Shown: one piece after another, positions 1-13,689 of the stretch
How positions within the stretch are numbered: position 1 is the first letter of the stretch
Layout: the number at the start of each line of letters is the position of its first letter
Source of the DNA: Eledone cirrhosa
Taxonomy: Eukaryota
Assembly (NCBI GenBank): GCA_964016885.1
Contig: OZ024756.1
Location: 31,620,001-31,684,000, forward strand
Direction: 5' to 3'
DNA: 64,000 nucleotides
The notes under the pieces: model-generated
Databases searched by the model: none
What the model was told of the DNA's origin: nothing
What the model saw: only the letters and a program-made list of their open reading frames with translations
Program-made: the position numbers and the translations under genes

Positions 1-146
1 TATATATATAGGGAGAGAGAGAGAGAGTGAGATAATGCCAGCACTCAGCGGTTCGGCTTGTATTCGGCAAGCGTTTATGTCTGTGTGTGTGTTTGTTGTG
101 TATATGTGCCCTAGCATGGCCTCAGCCAGTCGACTGGAACAGTCAA

Positions 147-205
<59 letters not shown>

Positions 206-218
206 ATTTTATAGAAGG

Positions 219-269
219 AGCTTCTACAGGACTAGTACTGTTTCATTCAGATGAAATCTTCAGGAAGCT
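219..269 (-). ncRNA. Type I hammerhead ribozyme motif (family A)
   Basis: Minus strand reads agcttc-CTGAAGA-t ttc atct gaa t-GAAA-cag tactagtc ctg-TA-gaagct: 6-bp stem I, conserved core, short stem II, stem III, GUA cleavage triplet. Adjacent to (TA)n. Confidence 0.8.
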
Positions 270-641
270 GGGTGTCATATTAAGTTCTGGTATTTATACA
301 TTTAGGTAGTGGCAAGGGAGGGGTGGTGGATGGGGGGTGGGGGGAGTATTTAGATACACAGGACCACTTCATGGCACAGGCCGTTTTTTCTTTGGGGAGT
401 GGTCAATTAGCCAGAGTGCTTTTTTGAAATAAATAAATAAGTAAATAAATAAATAAATGAATAAATAAATAGATAAAAGAATAAAGAAATAAAATAAATA
501 AAGAAATAAATAAAAAATAAATAAATAAAACCCCAAGAATATATAGTAGGGAATATATATATATATATATCAAGTGGGACAATTCCCGTCTAAACCCATG
601 CTAGCGTGGAAGATAGACGTTAAACGATGATGATGATGATA

Positions 642-739
642 TAGGGTGTCCAAACAAAATGTATACACTCTTTGAGTACCTGTACAGGGAATATTTATTA
701 GAATACTGTTGTAGAGTGTATACATTTTTTGGGACACCC

Positions 740-741
<2 letters not shown>
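642..741. mobile_element. Tc1/mariner-type MITE (~100 bp)
   Basis: About 30-bp imperfect TIRs (gggtgtccaaacaaaatgtatacactct / agagtgtatacattttttgggacaccc) with TA flanks. A related partial copy lies at ~9950-10030. Confidence 0.75.
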
Positions 742-822
<81 letters not shown>

Positions 823-823
<1 letters not shown>

Positions 824-1000
824 ACGAAGGAAATGTGGTAAGGAACCAGGTGGACCATAACGCACCAAAGTACTCAATACTTATGGTAGTAGAGTGGGTA
901 ATAAGAACGAGTAGGACCCCGACGGCTGAGCTCAAGCCGTTTAGTCCAGAATTAGCCTTCGAAACGGCTTGAGCTCAGTCGTCGGGGTCCTACTCGTTCC
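823..1000 (-). mobile_element. Penelope-like 3' fragment with fold-back hairpin (family H), in (TA)n
   Basis: Homologous to 4441-4600 and 32486-32677. Contains the 3' half of a hammerhead (GAAA-cggct..agccg-TC-ggggtcc) duplicated in inverted orientation. (TA)n on both sides. Confidence 0.6.
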
Positions 1001-1076
1001 TATATATATATATATATACAGATGCCGTAACCAGTTGATTAATAAAATTAAACATTCTTTACATTTACAGTAGATA

Positions 1077-1177
1077 TATTTCTTTATTAGCCACAAGGGC
1101 GCACAAGAAAAGGGGACAATACAAAGACATGCCGTGGATTTTACATAGAGTCGTGTAAAAAATATAAAAACAAACAA
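1077..1177 (-). mobile_element. 5'-truncated Tx1/L1-like LINE 3' UTR with 18-bp TSD
   Basis: Reverse complement of ~34815-34915. Ends AATAAAGAAA. Direct repeat ttacatttacagtagata at 1059-1076 and 1178-1195. Confidence 0.7.
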
Positions 1178-1304
1178 TTACATTTACAGTAGATAGCCAA
1201 TATGACAAACAAGAGACGACACAATTAAATGTAAACACTATCGTAGTTATACTAGTAGTAGCAATAGTAAGCTTTATACATCCCTCTCTCTCTATATATA
1301 TTTA

Positions 1305-1358
<54 letters not shown>

Positions 1359-1506
1359 CAATATATATCTATACAAAGACATCTGTTGTACTTAACATTA
1401 AATTATAGATAGCACGAACACACAAACACATAAACAATCACACAACATATAAGGTAATATGTAACACGATAATATAAAGCTTAAATTGAGCGGCGTCTTC
1501 GTGAGG

Positions 1507-1578
1507 TCCTCGGTAGTATAGTGGTAAGTATCCCCGCCTGTCACGCGGGAGACCGGGGTTCGATTCCCCGCCGGGGAG
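1507..1578 (+). tRNA. tRNA-Asp (anticodon GTC), intact
   Basis: 72-nt cloverleaf TCCTCGG...CTGTCAC...GGTTCGATTCC...CCGGGGAG, near-identical to the canonical metazoan tRNA-Asp with a compensatory G7-C66 pair. A and B boxes intact. Confidence 0.97.
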
Positions 1579-1589
1579 GCTTCCTGATA

Positions 1590-1606
1590 TTTTTAGTGTT
1601 TTTTTT
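1590..1606 (+). terminator. RNA Pol III oligo-dT terminator of tRNA-Asp
   Basis: T6 run followed by a T8 run starting ~12 nt downstream of the tRNA. Confidence 0.7.
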
Positions 1607-1792
1607 AAAAATATTATCTTTTATCTTTTTATCTCTATTTTAAAAGAAAATGTATTTTTTCAGTCTATCAATGATTTTTGTTATTGCTCAATGGCCATGC
1701 TGGGGCACCGCTTCTCTAATGATTTTATTCAATTCTCATGAATACAATTCTAATTTCGCACCTACATGATTTGTATATATGTATATATATCA

Positions 1793-1951
1793 TGAGGTTG
1801 CGATTTCGATTCCCAGATCGGGCGATGCGTTATGTCCTTGAGCAAGACACTTTATTTTACGTTGGTTTTCTGTGTGGATTTGCGACCGTCAGATAGTATT
1901 AACAATTGGAAAGACTAATGGAAACATTGTTTCCTCGGTCCGATTTGACGA
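1793..1951 (+). mobile_element. SINE family 2 (tRNA-derived, tgtccttgagcaagacactt core)
   Basis: B-box-like ttcgattccc, conserved core, and a 3' part shared in reverse orientation with ~30935-31092 and ~56445-56560. Confidence 0.65.
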
Positions 1952-2148
1952 TCTCCACCGCACTCGTTAAGCGAATGAAGTCTGGGATATTGACTATATA
2001 TATATATATCTATATATCTATATATATATATATATATATATAATAAAAGTATGTGTTCCTGCATGTAAATAATACACATAGGGAACACAATCGGTACAAT
2101 ATGTGGAAGGGATATATTAGGTTAACGCTTGATATAGCAGGATGAGGG

Positions 2149-2184
2149 TCTTAACGTTTCGGACGCTAGTCCTTCATCAGAAGA
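2149..2184 (-). ncRNA. Minimal type I hammerhead ribozyme (Penelope pLTR-type)
   Basis: tctt-CTGATGA-a-ggac tagc gtcc-GAAA-cg-TT-aaga. Palindromic ACGT stem III as described for minimal hammerheads of Penelope-like elements. Confidence 0.75.
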
Positions 2185-2354
2185 AAGAATGAGAAATAAG
2201 ATAGGTTGAGGGGACGGGCGGGTTGGGATTGGAAAAAATGTCTTTAGTTAAATATATATACATGGGAACGGACATTCGTTTCATGAACACCGTGTTTTTC
2301 CGTTCCCTTGTCAATTTTGGATTACCTCCTGATTGTAACCTTACTACGTAAGAA

Positions 2355-2432
2355 GCTGTCTGATGAGATCACAGCACTAGGTACTATGCAGAATCACGTG
2401 ACCACTGTTGTCATCGAAATATGTATCACGGC
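2355..2432 (+). ncRNA. Type I hammerhead ribozyme with extended stem II (family B)
   Basis: gctgt-CTGATGA-gat c acagca...tgttgt c atc-GAAA-tatgta-TC-acggc. Homologous copy at 8633-8710. Confidence 0.75.
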
Positions 2433-2482
2433 CTTATCAGTAAATGACTTTGACATCTAAACTACTTTGTATTTCCTTATTC

Positions 2483-2526
<44 letters not shown>

Positions 2527-3076
2527 ACTGAGAATGTGGGCGTGTGTGTGTATGTTTATGTATGTGTCCATTCTATGTTTACGTTTCTGCCTGTGTATAT
2601 ATTTGGAGACATACTCCCCCCCCCCAAAAAAAAAAGAGCAAACAACAAGTTATGCTGTGGTTATGATCAACTAAATTAAAGTAGTGGCCTTGTATGGCCG
2701 CAGTCAAATGACTTAAAAGAATAATAAAAGAATAATAAAAACAAAACAAAATTAAAACCCAAACAAAAACCATAAAACAACCGGATCTGCGGCTAGCTTT
2801 GAAATTAAGGGGGCGTAACTCATCACATAAACACCAGTATCAATAACTTCGTTGAGTCACAAGGACTATTTTTATTCAGAAGTTGATGTCTTTTTCTCAC
2901 CCCATAAATATATTTTACACTTTTCCATACATACTTGCATTAACTATGTTACTACAAACGTATCTATCTATCTATCTTTCTATCTATGTATATATCTGCC
3001 TATCTATCTATCAGTCTATATTCTATCTGCCTCTCAATCTATCTATCTATCTCTCTATCTATCTATCTATCTTTTG

Positions 3077-3129
<53 letters not shown>

Positions 3130-3142
3130 ATATCTATCTATA

Positions 3143-3173
<31 letters not shown>

Positions 3174-3519
3174 TTGTGTAATATGTTCTTAGTGAGTTAT
3201 ATACTCAAGCACAAAAAAAAAAAAAAAATGCCAAGGGGAATGACTTCAAATAAATAATTCGTGGTTATCTCTCTTTAAAATATATTGATTACTCGTAAAC
3301 AGAATCACAAAGGCCGAAATTTGTGTGTGTGTGTGGGTTCTTGAAGGTGTAAGTGTGTGGATGTATTTACTCTGTGTGTGTGTATGTATGCCTTTATGTA
3401 CGTGTGTATGTGTGTGTGTGTAAAGATATGTGTGTTTAGGTGTGGTCATTGTGTGTGTGTGCAGTGTAACAACAGCAACAACAACAGTAAAAACTAGGAC
3501 AAGTTCATTTCACGTTAGA

Positions 3520-4030
3520 CTTCATGCTTTGCAGCATAGAGTTACGGCCCTTTGCGTTCTGAGTTCAATTCCCGCCGAGCTTAGCTTTACATTTCATCCT
3601 TACGGCGTCAATAAAATAAGGTACCTGTAATGCACTGAGGTAATTGCTGGCCTTATGCCAAAAGTAGAAACAATTATTTCTTATAAAGAGTCGGACAACA
3701 TGCTTCGTGGCATAGTGTTACGGCTCTTTACGTTCTGAGTTCAAATCCTGCAAGGTTTACGGTGTCGAAAAAATAAAGTACCAGTAATGCACTGGGGTAG
3801 ATTTAATCGACTTTCCCCATCCCCCCAAATTGCTGGCCTTGTGCCTAAATCAGAAATCGATATTTCTAATAGGAGGACAGTGCATTGGTAGAATCTGTAG
3901 AATATTGGAAAATATACCTTGCCGTAATTCTTCCACTTCTTTATATTCTGAGTTCAAATCCGGCTGAAGTCAACTTTGCCTTTCATTCAACCGGGGACGA
4001 TAAAATAAAGTACTAGTTACGAACTGAGGT
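3520..4030 (+). mobile_element. Cluster of three SINE family 1 copies
   Basis: Repeated ctgagttcaaatcc B-box, gcctttcatcc..gtcgataaaataaagtaccag core and ttgctggccttgtgcc 3' end. Confidence 0.75.
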
Positions 4031-4345
4031 CCATATAGTTAAGGGGTTATGAGAGAGAGTAAAGCATGGCCTATTACGTAATGGGGTTGTAGTCACTGCA
4101 GATAATAGACGCTTTGCATTTTTTTAATATAGAAACTACGTAATAGGACAGCTATAGCTTGATGTTGTCTGTCTTCCCCATTTGTCACTATTGCGATCTG
4201 GTTGCGTAAACCGAGTTTGGGAGATGGGTGGTACGCATTTGATTTGCCGAATTTGAAGGGCGAGTACTGTTTGTTTGGCAGGAGTCATGGGTACAGGCTG
4301 GCGTTCGGTTTAGGGTATTTGATGAGGAATAACGGTCTTATTTAC

Positions 4346-4428
<83 letters not shown>

Positions 4429-4440
4429 TATATATATATA

Positions 4441-4737
<297 letters not shown>

Positions 4738-4752
4738 ACGCACACGCACACG

Positions 4753-4852
<100 letters not shown>

Positions 4853-5578
4853 GTGAATAAATGAGTTCTACAGGACTAGAACTGTTTCAGGTGTATTGCT
4901 CTATTTACACCGTTACTGCTATGCAAACAAGTACACTAAATCGACTCTCTGTAAAGGTCCACATAATTCCTATACAACTTACCTTTAAGATAGCAAGTTA
5001 GCGCATGCAGTTTAATAAAATTCTACTTAAACATATTTTTACATATGTTTACGTATGTACATTTATACCATCTATACATAAACGCTGAAATCATACATAC
5101 ACACCACCACACAATTATTCATACATAACACCTAACCCCTTACCTACCTACCATCCGGCCTACTTATCTACTTATTTACATACAAACACAGACGTACATA
5201 CATACATGTAAGTATACATAACATACATATACATACGTACATATATTAGTTCAATTATACGCATATATATTCAATAATTTATACATACACATATGCATAC
5301 ATATATCAGCTCAATTATACGTATATATATTTAATAATTTATACATACATATATACATACAAGCCTTCAAACATACATACACATATATACGTACGAACAT
5401 ACATTTCTAGAGACATTAATTCGTTTATAGATACATATATTAATTATACATACATATACATACATACATATATACTTACATACATACATATATACTTAAA
5501 TACATACATACATACATATATACTTACATACATATATATATATATACATATATACATACTTACAAACATACATACATA

Positions 5579-5648
5579 CATGGTGGCTGCCAACTCGTTT
5601 TCGAGTACGGCCACTACTTTATATCCATGTAGGAGAACCCCTACCGAT
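5579..5648 (-). mobile_element. 3'-terminal fragment of RTE-derived element in (TACA)n
   Basis: Identical to the first ~70 nt of 28965-29308. Confidence 0.8.
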
Positions 5649-5771
5649 ACATACATACATACACACATATATTCATACACAAGTAATAAGCATATAGAGA
5701 CATGCACACACACATCGTTACATATACATATAAATATACATATACATATAAATATATACACATACATACAA

Positions 5772-5804
<33 letters not shown>

Positions 5805-5819
5805 GCTATACACATATAT

Positions 5820-5850
<31 letters not shown>

Positions 5851-6033
5851 CAGATACACTCACACACACATATATATATAAACACAGATATACACATACA
5901 TCTACATATACATATACATATATAGATATACACATATACATATACAGAAACACACACACATATATATACATATATATACACACACATATATATATATATA
6001 CATGTGCCACCACGCAGCACTCAATTCTTCTCA

Positions 6034-6142
<109 letters not shown>

Positions 6143-6708
6143 ACACACACAGAGATGTACACATACATATACATATATACACATATACACATATATACGT
6201 AGCTGTAAACAAGCCCAATTCTCGGAGCCGACATCTTACCGTGCTGAAATTTTCTCTCAACATTAAATCACCGTTTATTTACTTAAGAGATAATTTGACC
6301 AGTGACGTCAACAACTGCTGCTACCGCTGCTGCTACTTATGGTCACTTTAAATGGCCAGGCTGTCCGAGTAAAATACCTCTTGTCTACTTGGTGTGTGTT
6401 GCTTGATATAGATCTAATTAACGGAGACAATGACTTTTAATCGATAATTTTTCTCGAGACCAATTTTCAACAACACATAAAGTTTTCCTTTCAGAACACA
6501 GCATGCCTTCAAGCTAGAAGAAATATGGAAGTTTTGTTAGAATTGCCTGGACAAAATGTCTTGCAGTATTTATTTGTGTTCCTCGCATCTTAACGGTAGC
6601 ATGGAGTTATTCTGGCGTAAGTTAAAATAAATTCCTAGCAGAATTCCTTTGTCTCCCTTAAGTTTTATGGAAGACAAAAGGTCTTTAGAGCGCCGGAAGG
6701 AATAATTG

Positions 6709-6891
6709 TTTTTACTTTAGGCACAAGGCCAGCAATTACCCAGTGCATTACTGGTACTTTTATTTTATCGACCCCGTAAGGATGAAAGGCAAAGTCAACC
6801 TCGGCGGGATTTGAACTCAGATCGTAAAGGGACGTAACTATGCTGGAAAGCATGGCGTCCGACCCTCTACCGATACTGCCAATCCACCGCC
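6709..6891 (-). mobile_element. Full-length SINE family 1 copy with TSD
   Basis: Reverse complement of 10590-10775. Direct repeat ggaaggaataattg at 6695-6708 and 6892-6905. Confidence 0.85.
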
Positions 6892-7015
6892 GGAAGGAAT
6901 AATTGCCAAGTTATTTGTTCTGACTCATTGTGCTCTCGTTTCAAATACCGTCGAGGTCGATTTTATAACTTCTATCGTTTCGGAGTCGGTATATAAAGTA
7001 CTAGTCCTGTAGGAG

Positions 7016-7205
7016 CAGGCATGTCAAATATGCGGCCTTTTACTAGCACACCTGCGGCCCGCACAAACGTTTTTACAGCGTGAGCGTATTATATAAAATA
7101 AAAAAACTTAGTTGTAATGTGCACAATTAGTTGTCATGTGTGGCCCTCAAACAACACATATGTGACTCATGTGGCCCTCGTGGGAGCCTCAGTTTGACAT
7201 GCCTG
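7016..7205. mobile_element. hAT-like MITE at the 3' end of a degenerate SINE
   Basis: TIRs caggcatgtcaaa / tttgacatgcctg with subterminal gcggcc/tggccc repeats typical of hAT (Charlie-like) elements. Confidence 0.75.
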
Positions 7206-7349
7206 CTGCAGGGAGTCTTTTTTTTTTGGTGGGGGTGGAAGGTGGAAGGTGGGAAGGGTGCGTTATACTTAAAAAAATTTAAAAGCAAATTTTGAGATTT
7301 TATTCTCTTTCTTTATCTGGTCTGTTTTTCACACTCAGTAAATCACCAC

Positions 7350-7417
<68 letters not shown>

Positions 7418-7729
7418 GGAAGATGAAGTTAGATTTAACACCTGTCTAGTGGGTCCGGGTATGATTTTACATTCATTTAAATTATTGACGTATTGTTTTA
7501 TTGATATTTTTTATCTGTTTGTCCCGAATCTTCCTCTATCGATTTTAAATCGTATGGTTGATTGTAGACTTGTTCTATATGTGACGGTATTTTAACGATA
7601 GTTATAGCTCTGATTCATCTGAATTATTGAGCCCTCTGCCGCTCATGTCGAATCTCGTTTATCGTGAACTCGTGCGCCGATTTTTCGATACTCGATCTTT
7701 CTAATATATTATATATATATATATATTAA

Positions 7730-7815
<86 letters not shown>

Positions 7816-7841
7816 GTATGTATATGTATATATACATACAT

Positions 7842-7887
<46 letters not shown>

Positions 7888-8290
7888 GTATATATACATA
7901 CATATACATATATATATTCTGCTCCTCCTTCTCTCTCTCTCCCTCTCCCCCGCCCCCTCCTCCATCATGTCTGTATGCTGTGTGCTTTTTGTACTTCTTA
8001 AAACAAAAACCTCAAACAAAAATAACAAAAAACAAAAAGCCCCACTCACACTCTTCTTATGGCGAGAGGAGTGCAGAAGAATTGTTAAGATATATAAATC
8101 AAAGAAAATGGTAAATAATTCCGGCTCCACCCCTCCCAGTGCCCGGACCCACAACACCCGACCCCCATCCCACTCAACCAGAAATGTCAAAGGACTGATT
8201 ATTGGAAAGACATAGATAACGCACTTCACATTACGTCACGCTTCCATAGATTTGAGTATATATCGCTTGCTGCTGTTGCTCTGTATATAT

Positions 8291-8336
<46 letters not shown>

Positions 8337-8632
8337 ACACACACAGACACACACACACAGATATATATATATATATACACGCATATATATAACATGCATA
8401 CATACAAGCATACATACATAAATAAACATGTGTTCATATATACACACACACAAACATATATATATATATATATATATATACACAAACATTCAAACATATA
8501 CATATATATATATATATATATACATGTATGTAAATATATACATACATACACAAATATATATATATATGTGTATAACATATCGTAACGTAGCTTAGCATGG
8601 CGTCGCGTGGTAACATAACCTTATTATGTAAC

Positions 8633-8710
8633 AAGCTGTCTGACGATGTCGCGGCACTTGCGCACGGAACAGTGTGGCCACTCTCGCCATTGAAATATAC
8701 ATCACAGCTT
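8633..8710 (+). ncRNA. Type I hammerhead ribozyme (family B, second copy)
   Basis: aagctgt-CTGACGA-...-GAAA-tataca-TC-acagctt with a perfect 7-bp stem I. Flanks align with ~2335-2485. Stems II and III are less well paired. Confidence 0.65.
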
Positions 8711-8766
8711 TATTATTAAAGGACTTGAACATCTGAAACTACTTCGCTTTTCCTTATTCTACACAC

Positions 8767-8799
<33 letters not shown>

Positions 8800-8800
8800 T

Positions 8801-8915
<115 letters not shown>

Positions 8916-9065
8916 CACACACATACAGACATCCTCAAGTTTTCCTTGACCTTCTTCTTCCTGTCACTAATTGCCATTGTCGTATTTCATTATACATTAA
9001 TGTAAATTGATTACAATAATATACACTAAATTACTATGTATGTATGTATGTATGTATGTATGTGC

Positions 9066-9105
<40 letters not shown>

Positions 9106-9114
<9 letters not shown>

Positions 9115-9400
9115 TAAACGGAATAGAAAATGCTGACAAATTGTTCACAGTTGAAAAATCAGAGCAAACAGCACGGACACTCTATCTCAAAATTATTTTT
9201 GAAAAGCATTTAGAAATGCGCAACCGGTAAAAACTTAAAAACTTAAAACCACAACTGAATACTAACCCATACAATTACTAATACTCTTTTATTCCTAATT
9301 AAACCATTTTTCAACTGTGAACAATTTGTCAGCATTTTCTATTCCGTTTACCAATATATAATAACTTGTGTGTTACACCTCTATTCTTTTAACTATATAT
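9106..9400 (+). mobile_element. Penelope-like remnant with ~55-bp inverted duplication and variant hammerhead
   Basis: 9106-9159 is the reverse complement of ~9306-9359. Internal ttt-TTGAAAA-gcatt taga aatgc-GCAA-ccgg-TA-aaa at 9196-9233. (TA) flanks. Confidence 0.55.
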
Positions 9401-10589
9401 ATCTGTTAGAACACGAAAAGTGTGAAACACAGAATGTTCACTTTTCGTGTTCTAACATATATGCCTAGCTTCTTTAAAAATTTTTCGGGGATAGCCGTGG
9501 TGGTGATCGTATGTGATTGGCTAATTTTCAACCAATCAGAGTACCTCTCTCTATATCTCTTCCACTGTTACTTACGCCTGTTTCTCTCTATCTGTTCCGT
9601 CTCTATTTATATCTCTTACTCTTTCGCTTTGCACTCCTCCCCTTCAATACCATCTCTCCCCCTCTCTATATATTTGTTACTCTATCGCTGCACGCTCCTC
9701 TCCTTCAATATATCAATTACACACGCTTTACACTCCTTTATCCCCAGCGCCCCTATATATACACCCCCTCTCCCGCATCTATATTTTAATGTACCGTTGC
9801 ACCGTGAATACATGTGTCTATATATATATATACATATATATTGTATATACACATTCATGTATGTGTATACACACTCATGTATGTATATACACTGGTTTTA
9901 TGTGTGTATTGTAAATTTGTACTGTTAAAACACGAAACTAACATTCGATTGACACTTTGATTACCTGTACAGGCAATAGTTATTAGAATGCTGTTGAAGT
10001 GTGTATATATTTTTGGGGGACATCCTGTATATACACACATTATATATAATACAATAAACAGATAAATACACACATATATATATGAGCTTATTTAATTATA
10101 AATATTGTGAATTTTTAACTCAGTTCAATTATATATATAAATGGCTTCTACAGGACTAGAACTGTTTCATTCGAAAGAAATCATCATAATATTGAGAGGG
10201 GGGACTAGATAAAATATTTCAAATCAAATGTGTATAAGTTATAAGTTAAAATGTATAAATAGAGACGATAGTGGAGGTATATCTGTTTAGTGGAACAGTA
10301 GACGATAGAATTAAATACAGACGATAATCTCCCTTTAATGAAACAGCAGACGATAGAATTAAGGCAATTTAAATTTTAAGCATTTGCATTTTTGCCTTTC
10401 ATCGTTACGGGGTCGATAAAATAAAGTACCAGTAATACACTGTCACTAGACGACTTTCAAATTGAATTGTTGGTTCCATTTCTTTAGTATTTTCAATTGT
10501 AGTTATCTACTTAAAAAGCGTTACACGGTTAGAGACATAATTCGTAAGTTATATCTTCCCTATTAAACCATTGCATTATTTCGCCTACA

Positions 10590-10775
10590 GGGCGGTGAAT
10601 TGGCAGTATCGGTAGAGGGTTGGACGCCATGCTTTCTAGCATAGTTACGTCCCTTTACAGTCTGAGTTCAAATCCCGCCGAGGTTAACTTTGCCTTTCAT
10701 CCTTACGGGGTCGATAAAATAAAGTACCAGTAATGTACTGGGTAATTTGCTGGCCTTGTGCCTAAAGTAGAAACA
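10590..10775 (+). mobile_element. Full-length tRNA-derived SINE family 1 (Deu/Nin-like core) with 15-bp TSD
   Basis: A-box tggcagtatcgg, B-box gagttcaaatcc, core gcctttcatccttacggggtcgataaaataaagtaccag. TSD attatttcgcctaca at 10575-10589 and 10776-10790. Confidence 0.88.
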
Positions 10776-10999
10776 ATTATTTCGCCTACAATAGAACAAA
10801 AATGAAATGTTCTTTAAAGAAACAGGAATATAACTTTATAAAAAAAAAAGTTGCATCCGCTTCTTTTATCATTGATAATTTTTTCGTTTTAATATTAATT
10901 GTTTTTTGCAGTTGTTTATATTAAAAATCTTACTGTAATATTTACTTAAACGAAGGCAAACATCTAAACTTATAGATTAATCTTGAGCGAAGGACTAGA

Positions 11000-11100
<101 letters not shown>

Positions 11101-12214
11101 GAAGAATGATAAAATTTCAAGCAAAGAGTTTAATTAGGTATATTTTGTAATATTATTAACTAATTATTATAATTAACGCGCATATTTTGCTATCCTCAAA
11201 CACGTTTACACATGGCATGAAATATAACTAATCCGAGATGGCTAGGTTTCATCTTCTAACTGGATAAACGAAATCCATTATGTCTTGACAACAACATGAG
11301 GTAACATTATGTTATTCACAGACACACTTTGTACACTGTTCCATATCAGAATGTATTTCCTTCGTCACATTCACAAACAGTATTGAAAATATGTTCTTCG
11401 GCAAATAAAAATGTTTTGTTCATAATATTTCAACTAGCGATTGCTCTACTCCACGCACGACCACCATAAATTAATGACCAGCTCAACACAAGTATTGGTA
11501 GAGCGTCAGACACCATGCTTTGCAGTATTGTTATGGTCCTTTGCATTCTAAGTTCAAATCCTGCCGAGGTTAACTTCGACTTTCATACTTACTAATTCGA
11601 TAAAATAAAGTACCAGTAATGGACTGCCGTAATGGATTTGTGCCGAAAAATAGAAACACTATTAATGTGCAATAAGAGCAAAATATAACGACATTGCTCA
11701 ATTATTTTATCTAATGTTGTAATAACACAAGGAAATGTTGTTTGTGTATTTTTTTTTATATTTGCTCATAGGCTTTTACAATTTCGCTCAGCCAACAACT
11801 ATTAAAAAGTGAGTTGCTTAAGATAACAATTTAATCACAAATTGTTGCTATCTTTTAATACACTCCAACAAGTCATCAAATTATGTACAATAAAAACAAA
11901 TCTTATTAATTTGCTCAGGGAATATAAAGAAAATGTATATACACTGATAATTGCAATTGTATGTAAATATTTTGTTTTTGTATTGTATATTTTATGTTTT
12001 CTATTATGTATAATATATTGATTTAATATTGATTGTTTTTTGTAGTTGTTTATATTAAAAGTCTGAAAATATTTTTATACATCTTACACTAATATTTATA
12101 AGATAATTTATAATAACAATTACATAATCTAATTACATTACAACGATAATTTATTATTAATATATATCCTGTTTAACTAGAGTTATTACAAGCGTTGCCT
12201 TAAAAAAATATTAA

Positions 12215-13171
12215 ACTAGACATGAAAAATGCGCAAGCTCAAAAGTGCCACAGAATGTTATAATAAACCTTCAAAAGTGTGGGACTAGAGTTGTTGCTAA
12301 AAAATATTGTAATCATTATATATCGTACATTCTGTGGCATCCTTTATAAAAATAGCTTAAACCAACGAAGCCTTTATTTTTACGCTATTTCACTTAGTTA
12401 ATTCTTAGAGTGTAACATATAAAAATAAATACATCTATGTTTAATGTAATAACAGCTATAAATAATTACGTAATATTATTATCATATACTCATAGTAACA
12501 AAATAATTGTGTTGAAACTTAATATGATGCTTATATGAACGATCAAATCTATAATGATAATTTCTTAAATATACTAATAGTAAAATAATTTAGTTATCTA
12601 TTGTTACATTTTCATAGAACTATAATATTAACAATCGTATTGCATTATCAAATTTTTATCACTACAAACTTTCATATTGGAATTACCTTAAGCCACTTAT
12701 TATTACTTCGCTTTCGTACTTTTACAGCTGTAGATATTGCGCTGTATCTTATATCTAATATCAATATCTCGTGGTAATTTGCATGAAGTGTAAAATAGGT
12801 TTATTAATAACTTTAATATGAAATGTATTATACAGGGCTGCGGAGTCGGTCAAAAATTGACTGGCTCCAACTCAGGATCCGATACTCCATTATTTCCTAA
12901 ATTTCAGCTCCGCAGCTCTGTTATTATATTAATTAATTTATTTTATAGTTGTAAATCATATTTTTATATGTTACACTCTAAGAATTAACTAAGTGAAATA
13001 GCGTAAAAATAAAGGCTTCGTTGGTTTAAGCTATTTTTATAAAGGATGCCACAGAATGTACGATATATAATGATTACAATATTTTTTAGCAACAACTCTA
13101 GTCCCACACTTTTGAAGGTTTATTATAACATTCTGTGGCACTTTTGAGCTTGCGCATTTTTCATGTCTAGT
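12215..13171. repeat. ~210-bp perfect inverted repeat with ~535-bp spacer
   Basis: 12215-12425 is the reverse complement of 12961-13171. The right arm abuts (TA)n. Confidence 0.9.
12833..12920. mobile_element. Tiny hAT-like MITE (88 bp)
   Basis: TIRs cagggctgcggag / ctccgcagctctg. 8-bp TSD gtattata / ttattata. Confidence 0.7.
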
Positions 13172-13287
13172 ATATATATATATATGAACGGTATATATGT
13201 GTATGCATTTAAGTATATATATTTTTAGAAAGGATATTGTGTCTTGGGAATTTATCACAACTACATTGTAGATTCTGTAGATTCATG

Positions 13288-13366
<79 letters not shown>

Positions 13367-13397
13367 GACAGACAGACACACACACACAGACAGACAG

Positions 13398-13446
<49 letters not shown>

Positions 13447-13469
13447 GAAATAGATAGATGGATCGATAG

Positions 13470-13526
<57 letters not shown>

Positions 13527-13689
13527 GAGAGAGTGCGCGAGAAAGTGTGTGAGGTGTGTGTGTATGTGAGAGTGAGGGATAGGAATTGAAAATAAAAAAA
13601 AAAGACCCTAGTAGAAAAAGAACATTATAATGATGGTGATGATGATGATTATAGTGATGATGATGACGATGGTGGTGATGATGATATAG

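Noticed and set aside
6303-6310. CRE/ATF palindrome TGACGTCA (and octamer ATTTGCAT at ~26555)
   Set aside because: Single 8-mers are expected by chance in 64 kb, and no transcription start can be placed.
13140-13171. CTAG-T end suggesting a Helitron terminus
   Set aside because: No subterminal GC-rich hairpin; the sequence is explained as the end of the inverted duplication.
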